A DNA stretch of 64,000 nucleotides, from positions 34,102,001-34,166,000 of the forward strand of contig NC_086109.1 in the NCBI RefSeq assembly GCF_963921235.1. The letters run 5' to 3'. The DNA is from Mobula hypostoma. Taxonomy: Eukaryota. Below are positions 13,709 through 27,064 of this stretch, in pieces. A program made the position numbers and the translations under genes. Below the pieces are notes generated by a model that worked only from the letters and a program-made list of their open reading frames with translations, was not told where the DNA came from and did not search any database. The stretch's first letter is position 1. Every line of letters starts with the position of its first letter.

Positions 13709-14064
13709 CTTTAATAGTGTTCAGGAAACTATTTATCTGTTTTAAACACAAGTTTAGATTGAACATCCACATACTTCAAGTATAGAATATTCAAAAGGTA
13801 TTATTCTTTTGGAAGGAATACTTCCTTTTCATTTTAGTCCTAAATGATATGCTCTTTAGTGTGGGAGCCCAATATCTACTTTTAGACTCCAAGAATTTCA
13901 AATGTTTCCAGGGTCATGTGTCATTCTTCTACATTCCAGCGAACAGCTTCAGAGTGCTCATCTTTACATTAAGATGTCCATGTCAGAAGTTATGCTAGGC
14001 AACATGTTAGGAAGGTTACACTGGCCCTAAAGTAGTGGAACAGCACCAGAAGTACAAAGATCAA

Positions 14065-14475
14065 AGTAAATTTATTATTACAGTACATAAGTGTCACCAC
14101 ATAATACATTGTGATTCGTTTTCTTGCAGGTATTCACAGTAGAACAGAAATAGAATAGAACCAATGAAAAACTACACAAAGACTGACAACTAATGTACAA
14201 AAGACAGCAAATAAAAAATAAATAAGTAACACTGAGAACATGAATTACTGAGTCCTTGAAAGCGCATCCATTGGTTGTACGATCAATTCAAAGTTGAGGT
14301 GAATGACATTATCAACACTGGTTCAGGAGCCTGATTGTTGCAGGGTAATAACTGTTCCCAAACCTGGTGGTGTGGGACCCAAGGCCCCTGTACCTCCTTC
14401 CTGATGGCAACAGAGAGAAGAAAGCATGACCTGGATAGTGGGGGTCCTTGATGACGGATACTGCTTTCTTGTTAA
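14065..14475 (-). mobile_element. Rex1/Babar-type LINE 3' end
   Basis: Encodes KAVSVIKDPHYPGH-like and PSGRRYR-like C-terminal motifs followed by a 3' UTR; homologous to the 19835-22707 element. Confidence 0.75.
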
Positions 14476-14889
14476 GTACCAAATAAAACAATGCTGCAAT
14501 CCAACAATCATTATACTACCCCACTGGCCTGAATTTGAATGGAATACTCTCTCAAGATATTTAAGTAAATGACCGGAGCAGAGATGATTAAAGTTTCAAT
14601 GTATTGAAAATGAACGAAATAAACAATTAGACTCAATCTTTACACACAGTGATCTGGGGAACTTGTACAAGCTCAAAGGGCCATGGAAGTTTTCAAGATC
14701 TCAGCAAAAAGATTTTTCATGCATGGCTAATTTGAACACTGAGATTGATAGATTGTTAACCAAAGACTTGGATGTGGGGCAAAACCAGGTACATCAAGTT
14801 AGGTCACAAAATCAATCTCAATTTCACTGACTGATAGCAAGGGACTAAATAGAACACCAATTCTTACTAGAAGTGGGATGCCACTAACC

Positions 14890-16990
14890 TAGATTGTAGC
14901 ACTCCATAGCTCTCCCATCCATGTATTTATCCAAACTTCTCAAATGTTGCAATCAAATTCACATCCACCAATTCCTCTATAGCTCGTCCCACACTCTCAC
15001 CATCTGAGTGAACAAGGTTCCCATTAAATATTTCACTTTTCAGCACAAACCTATGACCTTTAGATCAAGTCTCACCCAACCTCAGTGGAAAAAGCCTGCA
15101 TGAATCAGAATCAGGTTTATTATCATCGGAATGTGATGTGAAATTTGTTAACTTATTAGTAGCAGTTCAGTGCAATACACAATCCAGCAGAGAGAAAAAA
15201 TAATAAAAGTTAAAAATAAATAAACAAGTAAATCAATGACAGTATACCTATATTGAATAGATTAAGCATGTGCAAAAACAGAAATACTGGGATAATATCT
15301 TTTAAAAAGTGTGGTAGTGTCCAAAGATTCAATGTCCATTTAGGAATCGGATGGCAGAGGGGAAGAAGCTGTTCCTGAATTGCTGAAGTGCGTGCCTTTA
15401 GGCTTCTGTACCTCCTACCTGATGGTAACAGTGAGAAAAGGGCATGCCCTGGGTGCTGGAGGTCCTTAATGATGGACGCTGCCTTTCTGAGATACTGCTC
15501 CCTAAAGATGTCCTGGGTACTTTGTAGGCTGGTACCCAAGATGGAGCTGACTAGATTTACAATGTTCTGCAGCTTCTTTCGGTCCTGTGCAGTAGCTCCT
15601 TCATACCAGGCAGTGATGCAGCCTGTCAGAATGCTCTCCACGGTACAACTATAGAAGTTTTTGAGTGTATTTGTTGACATGCCAAATCTCTTCAAACTCC
15701 TAATGAAGTATAGCTACATTGATATGTTGGGACCAGGTTAGATCCTCAGAGATCTTGACACCCAGGAACTTGAAACTGCTCACGTTCTCCACTACTGATC
15801 CCGCTGAGGATTGGTATGTGTTCCTTCCTCTTTCCTGAAGTCCACAGTCGGCTCTTTCATCTTACTGACGTTAACTGCCAGGTTGTTGCTGTGACACCAC
15901 TCCACTAGTTGGCATATTTCACTCCTATACTCCTTCTCGTCATCACCTGAGATTCTACTAAAAATGGTTGTATTGTCAGCAAATTTATAGATGGTATTTG
16001 AACTCTGCCTAGCCACACAGTCATGTGTATATAGAGAGTAGAATAGTGGGCTATGCGCACACCCGAGGTGTGTCAGTGTTAATCGTTAGGAAGTAGGATA
16101 TGTTATCATCAATCCGCACAGATTGTGGTCTTCCAGTTAGGAAGTCGAGGATCCATTGCAGAGGGAGGTACAGAGGCCCAGGTTCTGCAACTTCTCAATC
16201 AGGATTGTGGGAATGATGGTATTAAATGCTGAGCTATAGTCGATGAACAGCATCCTGATGTAGGTGTCTGTGTTGTCCAGGTGGTCTAATGCCATATGGA
16301 AAGCCACTGAGATTGCGTCTGCCGTTGACCTATTGTGGTGATAGGCAAATTGCAATGGGTCCAGGTCCTTGATGAGGCAGGAGTTCAGTCTAGTCATGAC
16401 CAACCTCTCAAAGCATTTCATCACCGGGCGATAGTAATTAAGGCAGCCCACATTATTCTTCTTAGGCACTGGTATAATTGCTGCCTTTTTGAAGCAAGTG
16501 GGAACTTCTGCCCAAAGTAGTGACAAGTTGAAAATGTCCTTGATTACTCCCGCTAGTTGGTTGGCATAGGTTTTCAGAGCCTTACCAGGCACTCCATCGG
16601 GACCTTCTGCCTTAACCTGATAATTAACCCCTCATAATTTTGTATACCTCTTACCAGATCTCCCTTCATTCTACTACACTCTAGAGAATAAAGTCTAAAC
16701 CTACTTAATGTTTCCCTATAACTCAAGTCCTTAAGTACCGGCAACATCCTTGTAAATATCCTCTCAACATAGGTAGGTGACCAGAACTGCACATGATACT
16801 CCAAATTATGACTCACCAACATCTTATATAACTTCAAAATAACATCCCAACTCCTGTACTCAATACTTTGATTTATGAAGGCCAATCTGCAAAAACTCTC
16901 TTTATGATCTTAGCCACCTGTGACACTGCTTTAAAGGAATTATGGATCTGTATTCCCACACCACTCTGTTCTACCCTGCTTGTCAGTGTC
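14890..16990 (-). mobile_element. CR1 LINE 3' fragment split by the 15102-16612 Rex1 insertion
   Basis: ORF 16574-16885 (LKLYKMLV...LEYHVQFWSP...IFTRMLP...LYSLE) continues on the far side of the insert at 14890-15100. Confidence 0.78.
15102..16612 (-). mobile_element. Rex1/Babar-type LINE, 5'-truncated, frameshifted RT
   Basis: ORFs 16137-16592 (IFNLSL...IIPVPKK...DPLQFAY...[15 protein letters not shown]), 15792-16016 (KFADNTT) and 15210-15695; (GATTCT)n tail. Confidence 0.92.
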
Positions 16991-18959
16991 CAACTGTATA
17001 CTTACATATAGTAAATAGAGGGCTAAGAACTGAAGCTTGGGGTGCTGACATCCCCCCAGCCTGAAAAGGTCCATTTATTCCAACTTTCAGTCCATGTTAA
17101 TTTCTTTCCTGATACCCTGAGCTCTTAATTTGTGCATCAGCCTTTGGTAATATTCCGACATCATGCCAAGAAAAGATGTTAAATTAACTGACCTATATTT
17201 TACTGCCCTATGTCTTTCTTTTTATTTCTTAAGCACAAGCAAACAGGCCTGAGTTTTGCTGCCCTTGGTCTTGAGTGTCAGTTCCTGCTTCAGAAGCAGT
17301 ATTAAGATCTTTTTTGCAGAATCCTGAACCAGGTTGCCTGGATCAAAATCCAGACTTGCAGCACCACAGGAGAATTAGACATTATTTGTTCTGCTCCTTG
17401 GGGAAATTACCATAACTGAACATTATATTGAGTAGTAAATCAATTAAATGCGTGTTTCAGTTAAGGAAATCTAATACTGGTATCTCTAATTTGAGGAGTT
17501 CAGGCTTTCATTATCTGCATGTCTCCACCTTCACCCTCTCCTCCCTTGACTCACCTATCCAGTTTTCAGTTGGGCAGGTTAAAGAAATTAGATTTTAACA
17601 AGATGGAATTCCAGACCACGTCAATGGACCTTAATTAAAATAAATGTTTCACCTAGGGATTCATTGGGCGTATTCAGGACTCGTGGCACACGGCTGACTG
17701 AATACAAACTAGAATGCAGAAAACAATCCAATTAATTAAGATATGATTTTGTTGCAAATGAGCAATCACTGTGTTAAAAAAATTACCAGTGGCATCAATC
17801 ATACGTATTAACTACAATTAATAGCCCCACTTAAATTATATTTCAAAATATACATAAGCTGTCAACCTCTTTGGGTCTTTGCAGGGTCCTGATATCTGGA
17901 GTCCTTTATTATATGCCGAGTGCAATAAGCTGCTTTGTTCTTCAAATACTCCAACTAAAACCCAAGTAAACAAATATCCATCCATGTTGCCTTAAGTTGC
18001 TTATTTTTCATGATAATGTTACTATCTACACTCATTATTGTTCTGAAGAAAATATAAACTATCATGGTGCAGTCTTTTGGCCTCAGATGGAATGAATCTC
18101 ATGAGGCATCATTGAGCAGTACAAAAAGAAAAAAATATAATTGTTACGGTATAGAGGAGAAAGCAATAAATATCTAACATCTCTGCTGCTGTAACACAGA
18201 AGCGATGCAAGTTTAAAAAATACTAAAAGTGTCTGCTCTGTGAATGCCAGATGTATCTCTCAAACAAATATTCAGAAAGAAAAAAATTGTAGGATACTTG
18301 AACAAGTGCACAGGACTGGATTTTTGAAAGATTAAACAAGCAGAGGATTTGTCTTTTCTACTATGCAAACATGATTAACTTTACCTTTAATCCAGATGTT
18401 ACCAATGCCATTAGTTCTTTCTGAATATGATCACAATAGACATACCAACTTCTGACATTACAGAAGATGGAAGCTCATGAATGAAGCAGCTACAAGACAG
18501 AACCTATGTCTAGAACTCCAGCAGCAATAACCTGGATAAGCCTCAAAGCTGCACAGCCACCTTCCTTTTTGAGCAATAGCTCCAATGTTCACCAATTCCC
18601 AATGATTTCCATTTTACCAAGGCTCACTGATGCCATGCATAATCAAATGAATCACTGAATTTTATATCACTGCAAGAGGCTCTTTTGGCCACAACCTGTC
18701 TATGCCAACCGTGATGCCCATCTGCATTAATTCCATTTGCCTGCATTAGGCCTGTATTTCTCTGCGACTTTCTGATCCGAGTACCTATCCAAAATGCCTC
18801 TTAAACATTGTAAAGATATCAAAGGAATTATCACTGTGTGTCTGGACCACGCAGTGAAGAGCAGTGGAGTTGTGCGAACAAACCAATGAAAAAGGTATTT
18901 AGGATAACGACTAAAAATCCATTGAGATGATCAACTACAGACTGATGGGGAAGGGAAAA

Positions 18960-19300
18960 AGAGGATGTGAAAATTCTAACCGGACTGCTTCTGTAGACAG
19001 AACACAGACAATTTTCCAGAGCAATTAGGTAAATGCCAGTGAGAGAGACAGGCAGTTCTGGGATATAAAATTTCAGCACTGCTGCTGGAATGTTGCCAGG
19101 GGCCAGAGCCTTTGCAATAACCAGTACAGTCAATTGTTTCTTGACAACATATGGAATATTTTAAATAGACTGAAGACTGTTCAAAGTCATCATAGATGTC
19201 AGATATGGTCCATTCCATCCAGTACTTCAGCCTCATGTCTTGCAAAAGGAGATTCAACATAATTAATGGGTTACTCCCATTCACGGAACAGCTCCCACCA
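18960..19300 (-). mobile_element. Ancient LINE RT fragment (CR1/L2 group)
   Basis: KALAPGNIPAAVLKFYIPELPVSL resembles the KA-x-GPD-x-IP-x-x-VLK RT domain-0 motif. Confidence 0.5.
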
Positions 19301-19834
19301 CTTTGCAATGTATTAATTTTCAATAGATGCAAGACTGTGGGTTTTCTTAACCTAATTAAATAGTTTCAAGTCTCTTGTCTCTTGCCTTCCATGCTACTTC
19401 TATTGTATAGTTCTTAAGGTGTTGCCTCCAAAGGTTGGCTAATTTCTGGTAAGCTTGATGCTGTAGCTCTCATTGAACTAGGCTACTAGACAGAGGCAAA
19501 ATAGTGAAGGAAAACAATGTTACTCCTGCAAATAGCCATAGACTCGCGAATATCTAGTTTTGAGGCCACATAAATTAAGGATACTCTCAGTGCAGACAGG
19601 GCTAATTTACACAGTGGGCATTCTTATCAACAGTGTCAAGATCAGACACACATTCAAGAGTAATTCAGAAAGACAAGGACACATCGGCTTTTATTGTCTA
19701 TTGCCTTGAGCCAACTGTGCTGATTGTTTTCTTCTGGATTCACACAACATTTTACTTAATGGTTCAACTGAGCCACTTATCAGTAATGTCACTACCCTTA
19801 TACCCTTACTGTGTCCTCAGCATGGATTACCAAT

Positions 19835-22707
19835 GTTCAAAATAAATTCCTCATCAAAGTACAACCTATACTACCCTGAAATTCATTTTTGAGAGCATTC
19901 ACAGCAAATACAAAGAAACAGAATAGAATCAATGAAAAAACCACACACCAAGGCAAACGATGTGCAAAAGATAACAAACTGTGCAAATACAAAAAAGAGA
20001 AAACAAATAAATAAACCATAAATATCAAGAATATGAGTTGTAAGAGTCCTTGTAAGTGAATCCATAAGTTGTTGAATTAGTTCAGTGTTGGGATGGTTGA
20101 GATTGAGTAAAGTTATCCTCTCTGGTTCAATAGCCTGATGGTTGAGGGGAATTTATAACTTTTTATTTCTTACATCCATTTCACAACACAAGGGAGTAAA
20201 ATTCTTTATGTTGTGTCTCCATCGCAATGTACAAGCAATAAGGAAGGGAAATATGGGAGGATATTGTTTAAACACAAAGACTGTAGAGTATACATAATTG
20301 TTTTATATATACGTATGTACACACAGATAGGCAATCAGAGCAAACTGTATTGATAAATGTGATGGCCTGGTGAAAGAAGCTGTCCCAGAGCCTGTTGGTC
20401 CTGGTCTTAATGCTGAGGTACCATTTGCCTGTTCCTGAAACTGGTTGTGTGGGACCCAAGGCTCCTTTAATTCCTTCCCGATGGCAGCAATAAGAAAAGA
20501 GCATGGCTTGATGGTGGGGGTCCTTAATGATGGATGCTGCTTTCCTGAAACAAGCACTCCTTGTAGATATTCTCAATGGTGGGGAGGGCGTTATCCATGA
20601 TAAACTGGGGTTTCACACTAGTTTTTGGAGGCATTTCTGATCAAGGGCATTGGTGTTGCCATACATGTCTGTGATGCAAGCAGTCAGTATACTCTCCACT
20701 GCGGACCTATAGAAGCTTGTTAAAGTTTTAGATGACATATCAAATCTTCACAAATTTCTAACAGAGGCACTCCCCTGCCTTTTTTGTAAAGGCAATTATG
20801 TGACAGACCCAGGATAGGTCCTCTGAAATGATAACACCAAGGAATTTAAAGTTGCTGACCCTCTCCACTTCTGATCCCGGTGTGGACTGGCTCATGGACC
20901 TTCACGTTCCTCTCTCTGGGGTTAATAATCAGCTCTTTGGTTTTGATGACATTGAATGAGATATTGTATTGTGGCACCATTCAGCTAGATTCTCAAGCCC
21001 CCACCTATATATTGATTTGTCACCACGGTTTGATTTGACCAACAACATCACTGTCGTCAGCAAACTTGAGTATAGCACTGGAGGTGTGCTTAGCCTTACA
21101 ATCATAAGTATGAGCGAGTAGAGCAGGGGGCTAAGCACAGAGCCTTGCGGTGCACTTGTGCTGATGGTAACTGCGGAGATGTTATTGCTAATCTGAACTG
21201 ACAGGGGTCTGCAAGTGGGGAAATCAAAGATCCGGTTGCATAAGTTGATATTGAGGCCTAGGTCTTAGGGCTTATTGATTAGTCTTGGGGGAAATGAAAA
21301 TGTTGAACGCAGAGCTGTAGTCAATGAAGAGCATCCTGACGTATGCATCTTCACTGTCCAGATGTTCCAAAGTTGAATGCAGAGCCAAAAAAAATGGCAT
21401 TTGCTGTTGATCTACTGTTGAATTATAGGCAAATTGGCACAGATCCAAGTTGTTCTCAGGAAGTTGATATGCTTCATCAGCAACCTCTCAAAGCATTTCA
21501 TCACTGTGGACGTAAATGCTACTGGATGATTGTCACTGAGGCAGCTTACCACGTTTTCCTTGGATACTGATGTAACTGAAGCCTGCTTGAAGCAGGTGGG
21601 TACTACAAAATGGTGAAACAAGAGGTTAAGGATATCAGTGAAAACTCCAGCCAGTTGATCAGCACAGGACTTTCATACTCAGCCAGCTACCATCTGCACC
21701 AGATTCTTTCCATGGGTTTCACCTTCCTGAAGGACGCTCTCACAATCAGCCTCAGAGACTGAAATCACAGGATCGTCAGGGACTGTGGGAGTTTGTGAAG
21801 CTGCCTTCATGTTTTTTCAGAGACTACAAAAGACATTGAGCTCATCTGGGAGCAAATGCTTGCTGTCACCTATGTCACTTGGTTTCAATTTGTAGGTGGT
21901 GAGAGCATTCACAGCTATCCAGCCTCCTTCTGCGATTCATGTTTGCTTTGGATCTGTCACTTCACACGTGCAATGGCTTTCTGGAGGACATAGCTGGACC
22001 TCTTGTATTTTGCTTGGCTGCCAGACCAAAATGCCACTGACCTGGCCCTCAGTGGATGATGGATCTCTTGGCTCATCCAGAGCTTCTGGTTGGGGAAGAC
22101 TGATTTTGTGGGGCCACACTCATCCATGACTGACTTTATAAAGTCTGTGACAACTGTGGCTTATTCACTCACATCCTCTTATGAATCCTTGAACACAGCC
22201 TAGTCCACTGACTCACAACAATCCAGTAGCTGCTCCTCTGCTTGTTCACCTCTGTTGCCTGTATGTCTGAATCCTTGTTATTTAGCCTCTGCCTGTATAC
22301 AGGTAGGAGGACAACTAGATGATTAGATTTCCCAAAATGTGATCTAGGCATGGAATAGTAGGCATTCCTAATCATAGTACAGCAATAGTCAAGTGTGTTG
22401 GGACCATGGTGCTGCAGGTGATATGTTGATAATTGGGCAGCGATTTCTTCAAGCAAGCCTGATTAAAGTCGCCAGCAATGATCTGAAAGGCATAATGGCT
22501 GTTTCTTCTTTGCAAATCATGCTACTCAATACATTGAGTGTTTACTTAGCGTCAGTCTTTGGTGATCTGGCTTGGAATCTTCCAGTCAAGGCACTGGATG
22601 TTCATTTGTTTAAAGGTGCTGTACCTGCATTCCTGAGTCAAGTCTGCCATGCCTGTCAGATCATGAAATTGTTAGTTCGTTTAGATGGTTCAGAAGCAAA
22701 TTACTAA
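19835..22707 (-). mobile_element. Long degenerate Rex1/Babar-type LINE (endonuclease to 3' UTR) with a nested LINE 3' end at about 20160-20425
   Basis: Fragments TLDYCCTMIRNAYYSMPRSHFGKSNHL (APE end), PTCFKQ...[17 protein letters not shown] and KAASIIKDPHH. Confidence 0.87.
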
Positions 22708-22816
22708 GGGAAATTACAGTCTATAGATTGCAGTAATAATAGTTCAAAAGAAGTCAGTCTAAGTTTTGAGCCATCTGATGCAATGTACCACCATCACCAT
22801 ATTGACCAGTGATCTA

Positions 22817-23517
22817 CAGGTTTCCCCCATCATCCGAAGGTACAGCGTTCCTGTGCAACAGTTCGTAAGCCGAAATGTCGTAAAGCAAAGAAGCAATTAC
22901 CATTTATTTATATGGGAAAACTTCGTGAGCATTCGCAGACCCAAAAATAACCTACCAAATCATGCCAAATAACACATAAAACCTAAAATAACAGTAACAT
23001 ATAGTAAAAGCAGGGATGATATGATAAATACACAGCCTATATAAAGTAGAAATACTTCTCTGCAACGACTGCCTGCACAGATCTCCATAGTGAAAATCTC
23101 ACGCAAGCGCTCTCGGTATAAACGTGCTCTCCAGTAACCTTTAAAATATGAAGCTGCCAAATCTACCAAATAAGACGTAAAAATACACAGCCTATATAAA
23201 GTAGAAATAATGTATGTACAGTGTAGTATCACTTACCGGAATTGGGAAAACAGCGCTGAGCACATTAATGATGGTGTGTTAGACTCGTCGGAATTTGGGT
23301 GGTGCAGTGGCCCCCACCGTCCCGGCGGTCGACCCGATACATTGCCGAAAAGAACGCAGCGGTAGCCGGGAGGCACACAGCACATCTTTAAGAAAAAACC
23401 CGAAATAAACATGCTAATTAATTAGGTGCTGCCACGTAATTGTCGGCCCAGATCAGTGCCGATTTCCGATTGCATCGCCTCTGATCTGGGCTGACAATTA
23501 CATGTCGGCGGCACCTA
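22817..23517. mobile_element. One-ended TcMar/Tigger-like non-autonomous DNA transposon ending in a hairpin
   Basis: TA|CAGGTTTCCCCCATCATCCGAAGG terminus; CpG-rich; internal 29-bp direct repeat AAATACACAGCCTATATAAAGTAGAAATA; inverted repeat at 23421-23517; no second TIR found. Confidence 0.6.
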
Positions 23518-24013
23518 GAATACTGATGAACAGTATTTTCAATCTGAACCATGCCACATGCAATCACTGCATGATGAACCAAACCAGTATTTGAAAAGGA
23601 GTTATACTTCACTAAGAAGCAACGATGAACGGCAACGTTGATTTAATTAGACCAATTATTTGTTGAACAAAGTAACCAAACTGGTAATCCACCTGAAGTG
23701 AGGTAAGAAACAATGAGTTCACTCTAAGACATCTCCAATGATAATCAAGACCTGAACAACAGGCAGTTACTATCCATAATAACAATGAATACCAATTGGT
23801 TACAAGACCCAGAGGTAATGCCCTCATATGAACCTTCTCTCAGTCTGACTGGCTCAGTACCAATAATCAAGGCGCTACACAATTGAAGTGGGAAAATGGA
23901 GGAGATGCTATAGCAGCTAATAATCAAATTACAAAAAGATAAAGGTGAATTAAATGGATTGTTTGTAAATTGAACTATCAATGTGGCATCATCTTACTTA
24001 AGGATAGAAAGGA

Positions 24014-24860
24014 CAACACACACAAAATGCCGGAGAAACTCAGCAGGTCATGCAGCATCATGGAATAGCATAGCCGATGTTTCAGGTCAAGACCGTTCAA
24101 CAGGACTGGAGAAAAAAAAATGAGTTGAGTTGGAGTTGAAAGGTGAGGGTAGGGGAGGGACAAACACAAGGTGATGGGTGAAACTGGGAGGGGGAGGGGT
24201 GAAATACAGAGCTGAGAAGTTGATTGGTGAAAGGGATAAAAGGACTGGCGAACAGGGAATATAATAGAAGAGGGCATAAGGCCATGGAAGAAAGGAAAAG
24301 TGTGAGGAGCACCAGAGGGAGGCAATGGGCAGGCAAGAATAAGGTGAGAGAGGGAAATGTCGATGAGGCCACACTCAGGTTGGAGGAGTAACACCTTATA
24401 TTCCGTCTGGGTAGCCTCCAACCTGAAGGCATGAACATCGATTTCCTGAACTTCCTGTAATTCCCCGCCACCGTACCCCATCCCCCTTTCTCTCACCTTA
24501 TCCGAGCCTGCCCATCGCCTCCCTGTGTTCCTCCCCCTTTTTCTTTCTTCCAGGTCTTCTAACCTCTCCTATTAGTTCCCCTCTTCCCTCGCACTGCATC
24601 TCTTTCACAAGTCAACTTTCCAGCTCTTTACTTCACCCGTCCCCTTCCCGGTTGCACCTATCACCTTGTGTTTCTCCCTCCCCACCCCACCTTTCAACTA
24701 CAACTCATCTTTTTTTTAAAACTTCAGTCCTAATGAAGGGTCTTGGCCCAAAACGTCGACCGTACTCTTTACCGTACATGTTGTCTGGCCTGCTGAGTTC
24801 CTCCAGCATTTTGTGTGTTGTTTGGATTTCTAGAACCTGCAGATTTTCTCTTGTTTGTGA
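24014..24860 (+). mobile_element. Penelope-like retroelement 3' end (GIY-YIG C-terminus plus terminal repeat) preceded by an inverted copy
   Basis: 24362-24460 translates to DEATLRLEE*HLIFRLGSLQPEGMNIDFLNFL*, a PLE GIY-YIG end motif; 24014-24358 is the inverted counterpart of about 24487-24820. Confidence 0.85.
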
Positions 24861-25203
24861 TAAGAACAGGTAGAATAGAAGTAAGTTGAGTTTTGGAAAC
24901 AAGTTGCAATTCCTCGCTGAACCCTAGAACAACTTGAGAACCTGGCAGCAATACTTAGCAATACTATGAACCTAGGATTCAGAAAACTTGATTACTATAA
25001 GTCAGTGACTGATCAATCTGTGTCCTGACCATGCTGTGCAAGATGCAAGTCTGGTATCTTATTCAAACTCTTAAATGCAAGCTAAAGCATACTTTTCATT
25101 AGTTGCCATCATGTGTCTTGAATACAAGTATGAGTGCAACTAACAAACAGCTACTAGACAATCATTCGTAGTTTTTTTTTAAACATATCATATAAACTGA
25201 ATT

Positions 25204-25690
25204 TACAGTACCGTGCAAAAGTCTTATGCACATATATATAGCTAGACTGCCCAAGACTTTGCATTGTAATGTAGTAAATTTATGTATTGCATTGTGAGTG
25301 ATGATAAACCTGGTAATGATGGAGTTTCCACTGTGGACTGAGAGTGGGAAGGGGGCAGGCAGAGGGGAATTATGATTGGGAAAAGAGGAAGGGAGAGAGC
25401 AGAAAGCAGCAGGGAGACATTCTGTAATGATCAATAAATCAATTGTTTGGAATCCAATGACCTTGCCTGGTGTCTCAGGGCTGGGTGTGTCTGCATCCAC
25501 CCCTGTCACCCCTTCACTGCCACCTGTCCCACACACCTCCTGCAGCACTTCATCCATACCATTCCCAACATACTTTGCTCCTGCCAGATTAATAAACTTG
25601 CTCTCCATTCCATGTTGACAAATACAGTATTGTGCAGAAGTCCTAGACGCATAAATATAGCAAGTACGCCTAAGACTTTTCCATAGTAAC
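25204..25690. mobile_element. Composite repeat bracketed by two approximately 65-bp Tc1-like mini-palindromes
   Basis: TACAGTACCGTGCAAAAGTCTT...AAGACTTTTGCA (25204-25270) and TACAGTATTGTGCAGAAGTCCTAG...CTAAGACTTTTCCATAGTA (25623-25690). Confidence 0.55.
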
Positions 25691-27064
25691 AGGACAATCA
25701 TTCCTCGGTATTAATACTTCAATAGACAAACATCTGTGCTTTACACAATTTTCAACATAGCTGTGATACTTGCCAGGGACAATAAGCCAAGGATCCATCT
25801 GATGAAGTGAACAATATAAATTCAGTTAGTTATTTATTTATTTAAAATTCAAGAACTGACAGCAAGCACCAGTAATGGTGGTCAAGAAGTGAATAGACTG
25901 CTGCAAGAATTCATCTGGTTCACTGATACTTTTTGGAAAAGAAAAAAGAAAGCTGCTATTCTACCTGGTCTTTCTACTATTTATTCAATACTCCAGAACA
26001 AAACAATGTGATTCATACTTGATTGCATTTGCAATGGCCCAATGCGCAATAGTAAAACAGCAATAACTGCTAGGCTTTCCAGAGGCTCCTACATCTGCTG
26101 AATAAGTTAAAAGCTTCTCATTGATCTTACAGTTCTGGAAAACCCAGTTCAATCATTTAAAAAAACCAGTACACTTGTCTTATTCAGACTCACTGCCTGA
26201 GCAAAAGATTGAAGTAGCTTCTCAGTTAAATGCATTGTGATTAAACTTCAGTGCAAGTTCCCCAGCCCCGCCTCCCAAAGTTAAATTATTATTTGAAAGT
26301 CAGGTCCTTAAATCCCATTTTATGCTTGCAACAATGTAACAAGACTTCAAACTCACATTCCTCTGAGTTCTAATTGAATTTATTCTCTGACAGATACCAA
26401 GATATTGCAACAGTTGTAGGGGCATGTGTTCACCAGTACCAGTGGCTTAATTATCAGAGGTTAAATGCCTGCACTTAATAACTCATTCTGACTGACAACT
26501 AATGGTTTGCTAAAAGAAGAAATTACATTTATCACACTGCAATAATGGCTGATTCTGTAGGACGTTAAGTGCAACTATAGTTTGGTGAAGCAAAGCTGAA
26601 AGATTGATCTAAATGTTCTCACCAAGGGTATTCGTTCAATAACGAGCACCATTTATTCAGTCCCCTAAAATAGAGGACATAAAAAGATCAATGAAAGGTC
26701 AAAACATCAATTAAATGAAATCCTATCACAACACAAAACAGCATTTATCTTTGATTGCAAGACCATGAAGATGAACTACTTTATATTCATTTAAAGGACG
26801 TGGGTTTCAGAGACTGAGTCAGCATTTAATTGCCTTTCCCTGATCGCCCTTGCGGGGGGGGGGGGGGGCCAGCTGTCTTCAACTTCTGTAGGCCAAGACA
26901 TGGCTATACTGTTATGGAGAGAATTTCAGGACTTTTAACTAGCAATGGTAAATGAACAACTATAAGATTTGAAGGCAGGATGGTGTGTAACTTATGGGCA
27001 ATTTCTAGACTGCGATGCTCCCATGCTTTTTTTTCCCTGCCCAAGTCCATCCAGCTGGTCATGG

